NCBI GenBank assembly: GCA_964405295.1
Contig: CAYONI010000001.1
Location: 1-64,000 of the forward strand
Direction: 5' to 3'
Length of the DNA: 64,000 bases
Source of the DNA: an uncultured Methanosarcinales archaeon
GTDB lineage: Archaea; Nanobdellota; Nanobdellia; Woesearchaeales; CAYZNE01
Below the pieces are notes generated by a model, which was not told the origin of the DNA, made no database searches, and saw nothing but the letters and a program-made list of their open reading frames with translations. Positions 21,251 to 31,624 of this stretch are shown piece by piece; the stretch's first letter is position 1; each line of letters starts with the position of its first letter. The position numbers and the translations under genes were made by a program.

Positions 21251-21317
21251 AAACTCTTGTAACTAATTGGATTAAACTTCTATTTAAAAGCTTTTTGAAA
21301 TTAGCAGAGTAATAAAA

Positions 21318-21391
21318 TGAGTCCGAGGGGATTTGAACCCCCGACCACTCGATTATCAGTCGAGCACTCCACCGGACTAAGCTACGGACTC
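21318..21391 (-). tRNA. tRNA-Ile(GAT)
   Basis: GAGTCCG acceptor stem, anticodon loop CT-GAT-AA, T arm GGTTCAAATCC. Confidence 0.95.
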
Positions 21392-21392
21392 A

Positions 21393-21468
21393 TGGCGCCT
21401 TTGGTCAGAATCGAACTGACGACCTGTCGGTTAACAGCCGACCGCTCCAGCCACTAAGCTACAAAGGC
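21393..21468 (-). tRNA. tRNA-Asn(GTT), CCA encoded
   Basis: GCCTTTG acceptor stem, anticodon loop CT-GTT-AA, ends GCCA. Confidence 0.95.
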
Positions 21469-21557
21469 ATGATTGTGAGGGGTAAATATTGATTTATAAA
21501 AGTTTTGTTGTTTGTAAGTTGTTTACTTACATACTCAAAAATATTATTTTTGTTGTT

Positions 21558-23084
21558 CTAATCATTAAAAATTGAATTAATTATTTCTTTAGAATCAAAC
21601 TTTTTTAAGTCTTTATATTCTTGTCCTGTTGTTATAAATAGGATTGGTTTTTTTGTTATATGACTTATTGAAATTGCTGCACCCCCTTTCTCATCAATAT
21701 CTGCTTTTGTTAAGATAATTCCGTCAATGCCAACTGATTTATTGAACTCTTTTGCTTGCTCAACGCAGTCATTACCTGTAATGCTTTCTCCAATAAAGAT
21801 TTTAAGATCAGGTTTTACAACTCTAATAATTTTTTCAAGTTCTTGCATTAGATTAAAGTTGCTATGCAATCTTCCTGCAGTGTCTATTAATACAACATCA
21901 ATTGATTTTGATTTTGCATGTTCTATTGTATCATATGCAACTGCTGCTGGATCTGCACCATAATCATGTTTTATTAGTTTGGTATTAAGGTTGTTTGTGT
22001 GTTCTTCTATCTGCTGAATTGCTGCAGCTCTAAATGTGTCTGATGCTGCAACTACACATGTTAAGTTGTTATCTTGAAAATATTTTATTAGTTTTCCTAT
22101 TGTCGTTGTTTTTCCTGAACCATTAACTCCTAACATTAATATTTTGTAAGGTTTTTCTGAAGTTTTTATTTTCTCGATTAAGTTTATTGGTTCATAATCA
22201 AACAGTGATTCTATTGTTTGCCTCAAGTTGTTTAGAATTATTTCATCTATTGATCTTCTCGTTACTTTTGTACTTTCTAATTCTTTTTTAAGATTAAACT
22301 TTATTTTTTCAATAACTTCAACTGCAACATTATTTTCTAAAAGTGCAACTTCAAGATCCCAGAATAATTCATCAAACTTTTCGTCTGTAATATTTAACTT
22401 AATTATTTTTTCTGATAGTTTTTTGAAGATTCCTTTTTTCTTTTGTGTTGGGTCGATAAGTTTTTCTTTTTCTTCTTCTGCAGAGATTTCTGCTTCTTGT
22501 ATATCCTGTTTTTCATGAGCAGGAAATTTAGGTTCTTTTTCTTTATGTTTTTTTTTGAATATGCCAAGAATCCTTTTTTCTTTTTTAGGCTCTTTAATTT
22601 CTTCTTCTGACTTTTCTTCAGGAACTTCTTCTTCAGTTTTCTTTACAATAACTTTTTTTTCTTCTATAGCTTCAAGTTTTTCTGCTGTTTCTTTTTTCCC
22701 TTCTTCTTTAATTTCTTCAACTACTGGTTTCGGAGATTCTTCAATAAATTTTTCCTTTGGTTCTTCTTCAGCTTTCTCTTCTATAATTTCTTTAACTTCT
22801 TCTTTCGCTGGTTCTGGAATAGGAATTTCTTCCTCAACTGCATCTTCAGCGTCAATCTTCGCCTGCTCTTCTAGAATCTCTTCTTCAATAGATTTAAGTT
22901 CCTCAGGTGCTTCTTTCTTCTTCTTAGAGAATATTTTTTTGAAAAAGCTTTTTTTCTCTTTTTCTAGAACTTGTTTCTCTTCTTCACTAATTTGATCTTC
23001 AGAAATAGTTTTAGCTTCTTCTGTAATTTCCCCAGCTATTTTTTCTGAGGTTTCTTTTATTTTCTTTTTTAGGAAGCCAAACAT
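21558..23084 (-). CDS. ftsY: SRP receptor FtsY with long acidic N-terminal region
   Basis: GVNGSGKTTT, DTFRAAA, DTAGR, TKAD, KGGAA. Confidence 0.96.
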   Translation of the reverse strand: MFGFLKKKIKETSEKIAGEITEEAKTISEDQISEEEKQVLEKEKKSFFKKIFSKKKKEAPEELKSIEEEILEEQAKIDAEDAVEEEIPIPEPAKEEVKEIIEEKAEEEPKEKFIEESPKPVVEEIKEEGKKETAEKLEAIEEKKVIVKKTEEEVPEEKSEEEIKEPKKEKRILGIFKKKHKEKEPKFPAHEKQDIQEAEISAEEEKEKLIDPTQKKKGIFKKLSEKIIKLNITDEKFDELFWDLEVALLENNVAVEVIEKIKFNLKKELESTKVTRRSIDEIILNNLRQTIESLFDYEPINLIEKIKTSEKPYKILMLGVNGSGKTTTIGKLIKYFQDNNLTCVVAASDTFRAAAIQQIEEHTNNLNTKLIKHDYGADPAAVAYDTIEHAKSKSIDVVLIDTAGRLHSNFNLMQELEKIIRVVKPDLKIFIGESITGNDCVEQAKEFNKSVGIDGIILTKADIDEKGGAAISISHITKKPILFITTGQEYKDLKKFDSKEIINSIFND

Positions 23085-23085
23085 T

Positions 23086-23460
23086 TTATTGGGTGTATTT
23101 TAATTTTTTTAATAATTCACTTAATTCTGTTGTTACTAAATTTTTATTCTCTTTTGTTCTTTCAATTTGTTTTAAAATTAATCCTTTCACTTCGTTTACT
23201 GACATTTCAGTCACTATGCCTTCTGTGCCTATGTTTACTAAGAATTTTGAATTATCTGTTATTTTTGCTTTAAAGAATATACCATTAACAATTGGGACAA
23301 GTATTTCAGTTTCTTTCTTTTCTTTTTCAAAATCGTTGAGTGTATTCTTAATTACTTCTAAATCTTGTAATTGTAGTTCCATGTCTTGCAGATATTTCTC
23401 GAGCATCTCGGTATTTTGTTGCATTCTGAACATTTCTTCGTAATCTGTTTGTGGTTTCAT
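23086..23460 (-). CDS. pfdA: Prefoldin alpha subunit
   Basis: Coiled coils around ILVPI..GIFFKAKI...FLVNIG; conserved aIF6-pfdA-ftsY synteny. Confidence 0.85.
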   Translation of the reverse strand: MKPQTDYEEMFRMQQNTEMLEKYLQDMELQLQDLEVIKNTLNDFEKEKKETEILVPIVNGIFFKAKITDNSKFLVNIGTEGIVTEMSVNEVKGLILKQIERTKENKNLVTTELSELLKKLKYTQ

Positions 23461-24146
23461 TTTAAGTATCCCAAAACTTCATCTGCATTAGTTATTTCTG
23501 GTCCTCCTGATTCTTCACCTATCAAGAAACCATTTTTATTAGATACAATCCCAGATTTTACATATGGTGATCCCATATTAACTGTTCCTGTATCTACTTT
23601 AACACCAAATGTTTCTTCAACTGTTTTTATATCTTCATTTGATGCTTCTCTATGAATTAGTGCTTTTTTTTGATTGTTATTTATTACTGTTGCTGCACCG
23701 ACGATTTCAATGTCTGCAATCATTCCTACTTTAACATTAATTCCTAATATGCTTTTTAGTTTTTTTATTTCGTTATCGGTATAATCAGGATTAACTATTG
23801 CGTTTTCTCCTGAGATAAGCATGTTGTTTCCAAAACAAGTAAGTTCAGTATTAAACACGATAAACTCAGTGTTATGCTTCTCACCTATAACTTTAAGTTC
23901 TTTAAGTTCTTTTTCAAATACAATTTCAGGGATTAGTATTTTATCTTTTGTTCCGTTAAGAAATACTCCTATTAGTGTTGTTCCTGCAATGCTAACTTTA
24001 TAGCATGGAACTTTTAGAACTTCTTTTACGTCTGCTAATTCTCTTTCATTAATTGATTTAGGAACTAATGCAAACTTATCATTCGCGTATATCATAAGTC
24101 CTATGTTTGATTCTCCATCTATTCTGAACTTTTTTACATGTACCAT
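23457..24146 (-). CDS. eif6: Translation initiation factor 6 (aIF6)
   Basis: NIG...AND, GTVNMGSPYV.SG, GPEI. Confidence 0.92.
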   Translation of the reverse strand: MVHVKKFRIDGESNIGLMIYANDKFALVPKSINERELADVKEVLKVPCYKVSIAGTTLIGVFLNGTKDKILIPEIVFEKELKELKVIGEKHNTEFIVFNTELTCFGNNMLISGENAIVNPDYTDNEIKKLKSILGINVKVGMIADIEIVGAATVINNNQKKALIHREASNEDIKTVEETFGVKVDTGTVNMGSPYVKSGIVSNKNGFLIGEESGGPEITNADEVLGYLK

Positions 24147-24282
24147 TAATTTACCCCTTGTTCTCTTAGAAATTCTGGTTGTTTATAAAGATTATTGAAT
24201 TGTTGATGTGTTTGCAGAATAAGTTATCATCTTGTAGTGACAAATAGAAATATTTATAAACTAATAGTTTTAACTCATAGAT

Positions 24283-24360
24283 ATGGAATTTGATAATATA
24301 TTACTTTCGATTAATTACACACCAATGTGGCTTTTTTCTAATAGCGTTAGCTATACTTGA
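24283..24360 (+). CDS. Candidate 25-aa leader peptide (uORF) upstream of the ABC-F gene
   Basis: MEFDNILLSINYTPMWLFSNSVSYT*. TTTATAAA box about 23 nt upstream, consistent with a leaderless start. Confidence 0.35.
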   Translation: MEFDNILLSINYTPMWLFSNSVSYT

Positions 24361-24462
24361 TTACATAAATAAATTCTAGATTTTATATCTACAGGAGCTA
24401 GAATTCTACTAATTTTTGCCTTTTTTTCAGAATATTAATAAACTAAAACAAAGGTGATAGAA

Positions 24463-26064
24463 ATGATGTTAAGAATTAAAAATTTAATAAAGTTATTTGG
24501 AGATAAAGAAATATTTTCAAATGCAGAATTAATTGTTCAAGATAAAGACAGAATTGCTTTATTAGGCCAAAATGGTACTGGCAAGTCAACTCTGTTTAAT
24601 TGTATTGCAGGAATTGAAGATTTTCAAGGATCAATAACTCTAGACAATAATCCTAAAGTTGCAGTAATGGAACAGGAAAAAGATTTTGATGATTTAGATC
24701 TTACTTTTGAGGATTATCTTAATCAAAAAAAAGAAAAGATTGACTTAAGGTTAAAAGGGTTAGAAGAACAAATAGGCGATCCAGAAGTTTATTCAGATAT
24801 GAGTAAGTATGAGAAAGTAATGCATGAGTATGAATTACTTTGTTCAAGAACAACTGAGAGTGTTGAGCTTGATAAATTTAAAAAATTCCTAGATGAATTA
24901 GGATTTTCCTTAGATTTATTGCCACAAAAGATTTCAACTCTTAGTGGTGGACAAAAAACTGCATTAAGATTGTCTGAGTGCTTAGCCAAGAATGCTGATT
25001 TTTTATTATTAGATGAGCCAACAAATCATTTAGATTTTAAATCTCGTAAGTGGTTGGAGACATATCTTATTGATTCAGAAAAAACTATTATTGTTATTTC
25101 GCATGATAGATATTTTTTGGATAGGTTTGTTACTAAGGTTGTTGAAATAGAGAATAAAGTGTTAGAACTTTACAATACTAACTATAGTAGTTACATAGTT
25201 GAAAGAGCAAAGCATAGACAAATTCTTACAACAACTCATGCTGTGACAAAAAAGAAGAAAGAAAGGCTTTTGGCATCTATGAGAGAGAAACGAAAGTGGG
25301 CTCATAAAGAAGGTGATAAACGATTTAAGGTTATTGCAGATAATCTAGAAAGACGAGCAGAGAATTTGCCAGATACTTTTAATCCTGAAGATGACGATGC
25401 AAATTATATTTTCAAATGTAAAAATGGCCCCAGGTCAAGTAATCTTGTTTTTGAGACGAAAAACATTTCAAAACAGTTTGGCGATCAAATATTATTTGAT
25501 AATGTAACTCTACAAATTCATAGAGGAGAAAGAATTGCAGTTGTTGGAGATAATGGTGTTGGAAAAACTACTCTGTTAAAAGTTTTAACTAGAAATATTG
25601 TTGTTGATTCAGGAGAAGTGAGTAACAATTCGGATTTGAGAGTTGGTTATTTTGATCAAGAAAGTAAAACTTTAGATTATAATCAAAAAGTTATGGATTA
25701 TTTGAGATCAGAGTATGCTCACATGGAAGATTGGGACATATTGTCTTTAGCTAGTAAATTTGGGTTTGAACATGACATTCAAAAGAAAAAGATAAAGTCT
25801 TTGAGTGGTGGGGAAAAAGCTAGATTACAGCTTCTGAAGATAACTCTTGCAGGCTATAATGTCTTGATTTTAGATGAGCCAACAAATCATTTGGATTTGG
25901 AATTAAGAGAGGCTCTAGAAAAAGCATTATCTATATATGAAGGAACTGTTGTTTTTGTTTCACACGATAGATATTTTATAGATAAGGTTGCAACAAAAAT
26001 TTTTAAGTTAAGTTACGCAGAGATAAAAGTCTTTGAAGGCAATTACTCAACAAATTTTTATTAA
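24463..26064 (+). CDS. ABC-F family ribosome-associated ATPase
   Basis: Two ABC domains (GQNGTGKST and GDNGVGKTT; LSGG; LDEPTNHLD), no TM segments. Confidence 0.93.
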   Translation: MMLRIKNLIKLFGDKEIFSNAELIVQDKDRIALLGQNGTGKSTLFNCIAGIEDFQGSITLDNNPKVAVMEQEKDFDDLDLTFEDYLNQKKEKIDLRLKGLEEQIGDPEVYSDMSKYEKVMHEYELLCSRTTESVELDKFKKFLDELGFSLDLLPQKISTLSGGQKTALRLSECLAKNADFLLLDEPTNHLDFKSRKWLETYLIDSEKTIIVISHDRYFLDRFVTKVVEIENKVLELYNTNYSSYIVERAKHRQILTTTHAVTKKKKERLLASMREKRKWAHKEGDKRFKVIADNLERRAENLPDTFNPEDDDANYIFKCKNGPRSSNLVFETKNISKQFGDQILFDNVTLQIHRGERIAVVGDNGVGKTTLLKVLTRNIVVDSGEVSNNSDLRVGYFDQESKTLDYNQKVMDYLRSEYAHMEDWDILSLASKFGFEHDIQKKKIKSLSGGEKARLQLLKITLAGYNVLILDEPTNHLDLELREALEKALSIYEGTVVFVSHDRYFIDKVATKIFKLSYAEIKVFEGNYSTNFY

Positions 26065-26100
26065 TTCCGACTTGTCGGTGCCAATAAGTTTTATTGGTAT
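26065..26100 (+). repeat. Dispersed double-hairpin element, possibly acting as a terminator
   Basis: TTCCGA-CTTG-TCGG-TGCCAATAA-GTT-TTATTGGTA immediately after the TAA stop, between convergent genes. Confidence 0.7.
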
Positions 26101-26113
26101 TTATTTTTTTATT

Positions 26114-28015
26114 TTACTTTAACCTCAAAGCATCTAGATTTCTAGGAAGATTAACTTCAACGTTATAACTTCTTCTCATAGAAGATGCAAGGTCTGCAGC
26201 TTGTTTTTGCTCACCATGATTTACAATTATTCTTCTGGGTTTTGGATTGCATCTATAGACAAAGTTCATTAATTCTCGTCTATCTGAATGTCCTGTAACT
26301 GTAAACTTTTCTATTTGCAGTTTAAGCTCTGTTGTTACAACATTACTTTTATCTTTATAAGAAAATGCTCTTTCTCCCTGTTGTATTCTTCTGCCAAGAG
26401 AACCTGGCCCTTGATAACAAGTAAAAATTAAACTATGTTTTGGGTCATCACCTATTCTTTTTAGATATTCAACACTCGGTCCTCCAACAAGCATACCGCT
26501 TGTTGCAAGAATAATACAGGGTTCTGTTGACTCAATTAATTGTTCTCTTTCTTTTCTTGAGCCAATATGTTTTACATTTGGATATAAGAAAGGGTTATCG
26601 TTTTTGTGAAATATTCTGTTTCTCATCGTATTATTTAAGAACTCAGGATAAGCAGTATATATCGCAGTCATATCCCAAACCATTCCATCAATGTAAATAG
26701 GAATTTCTTTTATTCTCTTATCTTTAATCATGTCTTGAATAATAATAAGAACTTCTTGTGCTCTTCCTGAACCCAGTACGGGCATAAGAACTTTTCCTTT
26801 TCTTTCTATAGTTTCAGAAATAAGCTTTTTAAGCATTTCATCTTGTTCTTTAAATGGAGGTAAAACAGAATCTTTACCACCATATGTTGACTCAATCATT
26901 AAAGTTTCTAATCTTGGAAATTTGCAAGCAGCTTGACTTAGTGCATGAGTTTTTCCAAATTTTAAATCACCAGTGTAAAGTATGTTGTGTAAACCATTTC
27001 CAATATGTAGGTGAATCATAGAACTTCCAAGCATGTGTCCTGCATTATACAAAGTGATTCTTACGTCAGGAGTTATGTCTGTAACCTCTTCATAATTTAA
27101 GGTTATTGTATGTTTTACCATTTCTTTTACTTCTTCACTTGTATAGATTGGGTCTTGCCCATCGTTAATTTGAATCTTTACAAGATCTAATTGTGATAAA
27201 CACATTATATCTCTTGTTGGTGCAGTGCAATAAACTGGACCTCTATACCCAAACTTAAATAAGTATGGTAGAAAACCAACGTGATCTAGGTGTGCGTGAC
27301 TTATTACTACTGCATCCAGTTCGTCTATTTTAAATTCTGGAGCTTCTAAGTAAGGGTAAGGAGCTTTATTATCTGCAACATTTATTCCACAATCAAGAAG
27401 TACCCTTGATTCAGGAGTTTGTAATAGGATCGCAGATTTTCCTACTTCCCTTGCTGAACCTAGATAAGTTATTCTTACCCATTCTTCTTTCTTTTGTCTT
27501 AGCCAGCCATTATAGATTCTTTCTCCTGTTTTATGAAGAAAGTTTCTTCTGAAATCTGAGTTCTCATAGAGTACAGCTCTTATATTTTCTACTATTTTAC
27601 TTTTGATTGCAGCGGTTCTTTGAATTGTTGGAACCCAGAAAGTTTTCTTTTTTATTTCAAGGAGCTTTTCTCCTGATTTTCCTATTGCGATTCCTGGCTT
27701 TTCTGCTTCAATTGTTACACAGGACCTTTGTGAATCAAAATTAATTTGTCCTATTCCTGCGTCTTTCCCAATTAATTTCTTAATTTGTTTTTCTGCTTTT
27801 TCCATATCCATACATATACTTGGGTCTGGTCTAAGCTCTATTCTTTTCTTTAGTCTATTAACTATTGATTTAACATCAGTTGTTCCATCAAAAACGTATT
27901 TCTCGTCTTTGGTATACAAAACTATGTTTGCTCCTTCAAAAGCCGCAGCTGAGATTTTACCTTTTGGTAAATCATTTGTTATTTCTTTTAAAATATCTAA
28001 CATTTTTGTTTTCAC
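26114..28015 (-). CDS. fttA: aCPSF1 / FttA beta-CASP ribonuclease
   Basis: N-terminal KH domains, SHAHLDH, NAGHMLGS, ESTYGG, GHSDR, NHGE. Confidence 0.95.
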   Translation of the reverse strand: MKTKMLDILKEITNDLPKGKISAAAFEGANIVLYTKDEKYVFDGTTDVKSIVNRLKKRIELRPDPSICMDMEKAEKQIKKLIGKDAGIGQINFDSQRSCVTIEAEKPGIAIGKSGEKLLEIKKKTFWVPTIQRTAAIKSKIVENIRAVLYENSDFRRNFLHKTGERIYNGWLRQKKEEWVRITYLGSAREVGKSAILLQTPESRVLLDCGINVADNKAPYPYLEAPEFKIDELDAVVISHAHLDHVGFLPYLFKFGYRGPVYCTAPTRDIMCLSQLDLVKIQINDGQDPIYTSEEVKEMVKHTITLNYEEVTDITPDVRITLYNAGHMLGSSMIHLHIGNGLHNILYTGDLKFGKTHALSQAACKFPRLETLMIESTYGGKDSVLPPFKEQDEMLKKLISETIERKGKVLMPVLGSGRAQEVLIIIQDMIKDKRIKEIPIYIDGMVWDMTAIYTAYPEFLNNTMRNRIFHKNDNPFLYPNVKHIGSRKEREQLIESTEPCIILATSGMLVGGPSVEYLKRIGDDPKHSLIFTCYQGPGSLGRRIQQGERAFSYKDKSNVVTTELKLQIEKFTVTGHSDRRELMNFVYRCNPKPRRIIVNHGEQKQAADLASSMRRSYNVEVNLPRNLDALRLK

Positions 28016-28110
28016 CTTTAATTAATGTTTGAACTAAACACTTTTTTAAGATAGTATGAATCTAAGATTTTCTTTTTTTTAAACATATAAAATAAAATGA
28101 TAAAAATTAA

Positions 28111-28137
28111 ATTTTATTGGCACCGATAAAATTGGAA
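28111..28137 (-). repeat. Partial copy of the dispersed double-hairpin element
   Basis: Reverse complement TTCCAATTTTATCGGTGCCAATAAAAT directly after the psmB TAA. Confidence 0.6.
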
Positions 28138-28776
28138 TTAATAAATGCCTGTGTTGATTTTTCCAGATTCAACAAATTTAAATCCGTCTTTATCTAGGAT
28201 TGCAATATCGAATCCGTTTCCAGACATTGTATCTCTTTTTAATGATGCATTAATTGCTTTTTTTGCTAATGCAATTCCTTCTTTTTGAGTCATTCCTTCT
28301 TTAAAATCATTTTCTAGAACACCTATTGCATAAACACTTCCTGATCCTGAAGATACAAAAGTTTTTATTGATGTAACAGAGCCATCAGGATATAAATCGT
28401 ATAGTGATAATTCACTATCTAATCCTGCAAGCAAAAAATGTGCAATTCCTTGTATCATAGAAGGAGTTCTTATTGAACTATATAGCATTCCTGCAAGCAT
28501 GTTCGCTGCTTCCTTAGCAGTTGTATTTCTGTTTGTTTGATTTTCTTTTAATGCTAATTGAGCTCTAATAACTTTAATTAGTAGTTGTGCTTCACTAACA
28601 GTTCCTGCCATTGTTAATGCGAATCGATCATTGATTTTTATAACTTTTTTAATATCCCCGCTTGTAACCATATACCCTGCTGTAACTCTTTTATCTGCAG
28701 CAAGAATTATGCAATCTTTACATACAATCCCCATAGTCGTTGTTCCAGTACTTAATGTATTTTCATTCTTATTCAT
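28138..28776 (-). CDS. psmB: Proteasome beta subunit
   Basis: Propeptide then TGTTT, AADKR, SGSGS; usual neighbour of aCPSF1. Confidence 0.95.
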   Translation of the reverse strand: MNKNENTLSTGTTTMGIVCKDCIILAADKRVTAGYMVTSGDIKKVIKINDRFALTMAGTVSEAQLLIKVIRAQLALKENQTNRNTTAKEAANMLAGMLYSSIRTPSMIQGIAHFLLAGLDSELSLYDLYPDGSVTSIKTFVSSGSGSVYAIGVLENDFKEGMTQKEGIALAKKAINASLKRDTMSGNGFDIAILDKDGFKFVESGKINTGIY

Positions 28777-28864
28777 CGAAAAACACCTTTTATAATTTTA
28801 TAGAAATCCTCATATTTAAGAATTATACCGATATAAACCTTATTTTATTTATAAATTTTTTGTC

Positions 28865-29107
28865 TTAATCCCTATCTTTTTTGAAATATTTATTATATAG
28901 ATTTACTGTTTGCTTGCATACAAATTCTGGTATTGCTCCCTTACCATCTTGTCTGATAAGCCCATCTGCTACTATTAAAACTCCTGCACCTATTAATATG
29001 TTGTCACATGTGCTGTTAGCACAAGTTGAGAGATATACTCCTGTTCCCATTAATCCAATTCCAATAACCGCTTCTGCTTTTGAAACTATTTCATACAATT
29101 CAGCCAT
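28865..29107 (-). CDS. Small hypothetical membrane protein
   Basis: 80 aa with two hydrophobic segments; TATA-like sequence upstream. Confidence 0.5.
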   Translation of the reverse strand: MAELYEIVSKAEAVIGIGLMGTGVYLSTCANSTCDNILIGAGVLIVADGLIRQDGKGAIPEFVCKQTVNLYNKYFKKDRD

Positions 29108-29220
29108 AATAAACGTAAATGCAAGTGGGTATATAAATATTAGTTATCTATTTCATAGAAGGTCTTAAAACACAAAACTTTTATAATTAAAGCCAACCAA
29201 CTCCTATTAGGAGGCTTAAA

Positions 29221-30510
29221 ATGGAATATTCAAGCATTAAAGATGCATTAGCTAAAAAATCAGGAAAAGTCAAAATCAGGGGATGGTGTTACAGAGAAAG
29301 AGGTTCAAATGCTGTTCGTTTCATAGTTATGAGGGATTCATCAGAAATAATCCAGTGCGTTTTTGATAAAGAAAAACTAGTGCCAGAGTTATGGGAAGAA
29401 TCTAAAAAAATTAAGATGGAAGCTTCATTTGAGGTTAGTGGGGAACTAGCTAAGAATGAAAAAGCTCCAACTGGTTATGAAATTCAAGTCGAAGAATTAA
29501 AAATAATTGGTTTGTCAGACACCTATCCTATCTCAAAAGATTTTAGTCCAGAGTTTCTGTTAGATCAAAGACATCTTTGGCTAAGAAGCAGAAAGATGAC
29601 TGCGAGTCTTAAGATTAGATCAACTATTTTATTCGCACTACACGAATTTTCTAGAAAAAACGGGTTTATTGAAGTGCAAGCACCGTCTTTAAGTGGTGCA
29701 ACAAGTGAAGGTGGATCTGATACATTTGAAGTTAAATATTTTGATAAAAAAGCTTATTTAACTCAATCTTGGCAATTTTATGCAGAGAATGTGATTAATG
29801 CAGTTGAAAAAGCATATGCAATTGCGCCAAGTTTTAGAGCTGAAAAATCAAAAACTCCTTGGCATGTTACAGAATTCTGGCATTATGAAATTGAAGGTGC
29901 CTGGATGGATTTAGCTGACAATATGAAACTTGCAGAAGAAGCAATTGAGTATTCAATCAAGATGGTTCTGGCTGAGAATAGATCTGAATTAGAAATTGTT
30001 GGTGCAGATATTTCTATGTTAGAAAAAATTAAAGCCCCATTCAAAAAAATTACTTATGAAGAAGCAATCAAAACTTTAAATGATAATGGGCACAAAATAA
30101 AGTCAGGAGATGATTTCGGTTCTGCAGAAGAAAGAGGTCTTGCAAAGTATTATGGAAATAATTTTGTTTTTGTTACAAATTATCCTTTATCTCTTCTAAA
30201 GTTTTATCATGGTGAAGATGAGAAAAAACCTGGAACAGGAACTAATTTTAATTTACTAGCACCTGGTGTTGGTGAGATGGTCGATGGTTCACAAAGAGAA
30301 CCTGATTTAAAGAAGATCATTGAAAGGTTAAAGAATGCTAAGATGGATTTAGGTGCTTCTGATTGGTATCTAGATTCTCGAAGATACGGAAGTGTTCCGC
30401 ATGCAGGTTTCGGTCTTGGTGTAGAAAGATTTGCAGCTTGGGTTTGTGGTTTCAAGACGATCAAGGATTCAATTCCTTTCCCGAGAACACCAAATAGATT
30501 TAGCCCTTAG
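29221..30510 (+). CDS. asnS: Asparagine--tRNA ligase
   Basis: Class IIb OB-fold, RHLWLRS, AYLTQS, FRAEKS, WY.D.RRYGSVPHAGFGLGVER. Confidence 0.88.
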   Translation: MEYSSIKDALAKKSGKVKIRGWCYRERGSNAVRFIVMRDSSEIIQCVFDKEKLVPELWEESKKIKMEASFEVSGELAKNEKAPTGYEIQVEELKIIGLSDTYPISKDFSPEFLLDQRHLWLRSRKMTASLKIRSTILFALHEFSRKNGFIEVQAPSLSGATSEGGSDTFEVKYFDKKAYLTQSWQFYAENVINAVEKAYAIAPSFRAEKSKTPWHVTEFWHYEIEGAWMDLADNMKLAEEAIEYSIKMVLAENRSELEIVGADISMLEKIKAPFKKITYEEAIKTLNDNGHKIKSGDDFGSAEERGLAKYYGNNFVFVTNYPLSLLKFYHGEDEKKPGTGTNFNLLAPGVGEMVDGSQREPDLKKIIERLKNAKMDLGASDWYLDSRRYGSVPHAGFGLGVERFAAWVCGFKTIKDSIPFPRTPNRFSP

Positions 30511-30521
30511 GGGCATTATTT

Positions 30522-31571
30522 TTATTTTTCCTTATAATCATCCATTTCTTCTTTTATTCTTGCAACAAAATGTGAATAGTCTTTTGCAAGAACATTTGCA
30601 CCACAAGCGTGCTCGTGGCCACCGCCGTAGGCTTGTTCAAATTCTTTTATTATTTTATCTAGTAAAGCTCTAACATTATAGTGTGCTGCTCGTAGAGAGC
30701 AATGAAGAAATCCAGATTTCTCTCTGCAGATAAAAATGAATTTGTCAGGATATCTATATAGCATTTCATTACTTAGCATAGCACTAAAAGACATTCTGTC
30801 ATTTTGATATTTGTATGCAATTAATTTTTCATCATTACTGTTCATTGATTTAATTACTTTTTCGTATTCATCTTGGAATTTTTTAGAGTGTTTTAAAATA
30901 AATTTTCCTTGTGGTGTTTTCTCGTCTAGGATTTCGTAAGGATTATGTATTCTTGTTAGAATTTTTATATTTGTTTTAACTTGTTTTGATGTTCCCTTAA
31001 GGCAAAAATCTAGAACTCTTGCAAGTTTTCCAATTTTACTATCAAACAATGCTTGTGCTGGATTTGTAATTTTTTCATCAAAAAGATTTTTGTATTGTTC
31101 ACAAAACTCTTCTTTAAAATCTGGAATATACCAGTCTGCAACTGCACCAGCCATACCAAGCCACAAAAGTTTTTTATCATTAAGTATTTTGTATACCCAA
31201 TAACTTGTTGGACTGTTATCTTTTGGATCATTAATCATTGGATTAAAATAATCTACTTTTTTACTTGCATCAGTTATAGGATGATGATCAATCCACAGTA
31301 TTGGAACTTTTGCTTTTGTTATGAATCCGTCTGCAACCTGGGGTTTATCAAGAATTATTATTCTGTCCGGCGCATACTCTTCAACAATCTTAAGATATTG
31401 CTCATTAAGTTCTGGTGAAGTTTTAATTGGAACTCCTCTGCCATCTCCAATATGTTTGTAAATCATTAGAAACGAAGACAATCCATCAGGGTCATCATCA
31501 AATAATATAAGTGGCCTGTGCGTATTATCTAGTATTTTTCTTATTTTCTTTATTTCTTGTTCAGTTATCAT
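30522..31571 (-). CDS. DHH/DHHA1 phosphoesterase
   Basis: DDDPDG, ILD, IDHH, GGGH..ACG. Confidence 0.9.
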   Translation of the reverse strand: MITEQEIKKIRKILDNTHRPLILFDDDPDGLSSFLMIYKHIGDGRGVPIKTSPELNEQYLKIVEEYAPDRIIILDKPQVADGFITKAKVPILWIDHHPITDASKKVDYFNPMINDPKDNSPTSYWVYKILNDKKLLWLGMAGAVADWYIPDFKEEFCEQYKNLFDEKITNPAQALFDSKIGKLARVLDFCLKGTSKQVKTNIKILTRIHNPYEILDEKTPQGKFILKHSKKFQDEYEKVIKSMNSNDEKLIAYKYQNDRMSFSAMLSNEMLYRYPDKFIFICREKSGFLHCSLRAAHYNVRALLDKIIKEFEQAYGGGHEHACGANVLAKDYSHFVARIKEEMDDYKEK

Positions 31572-31624
31572 CTTTTTAAGTGAAAAGCAGAATATTTAAA
31601 AAGATAGTCATTTTCTATACTATA

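Noticed and set aside
20830..21252. 140-aa ORF with repeated peptide
   Set aside because: It is the translation of tRNA-Glu plus the 90-bp repeat and the N gap.
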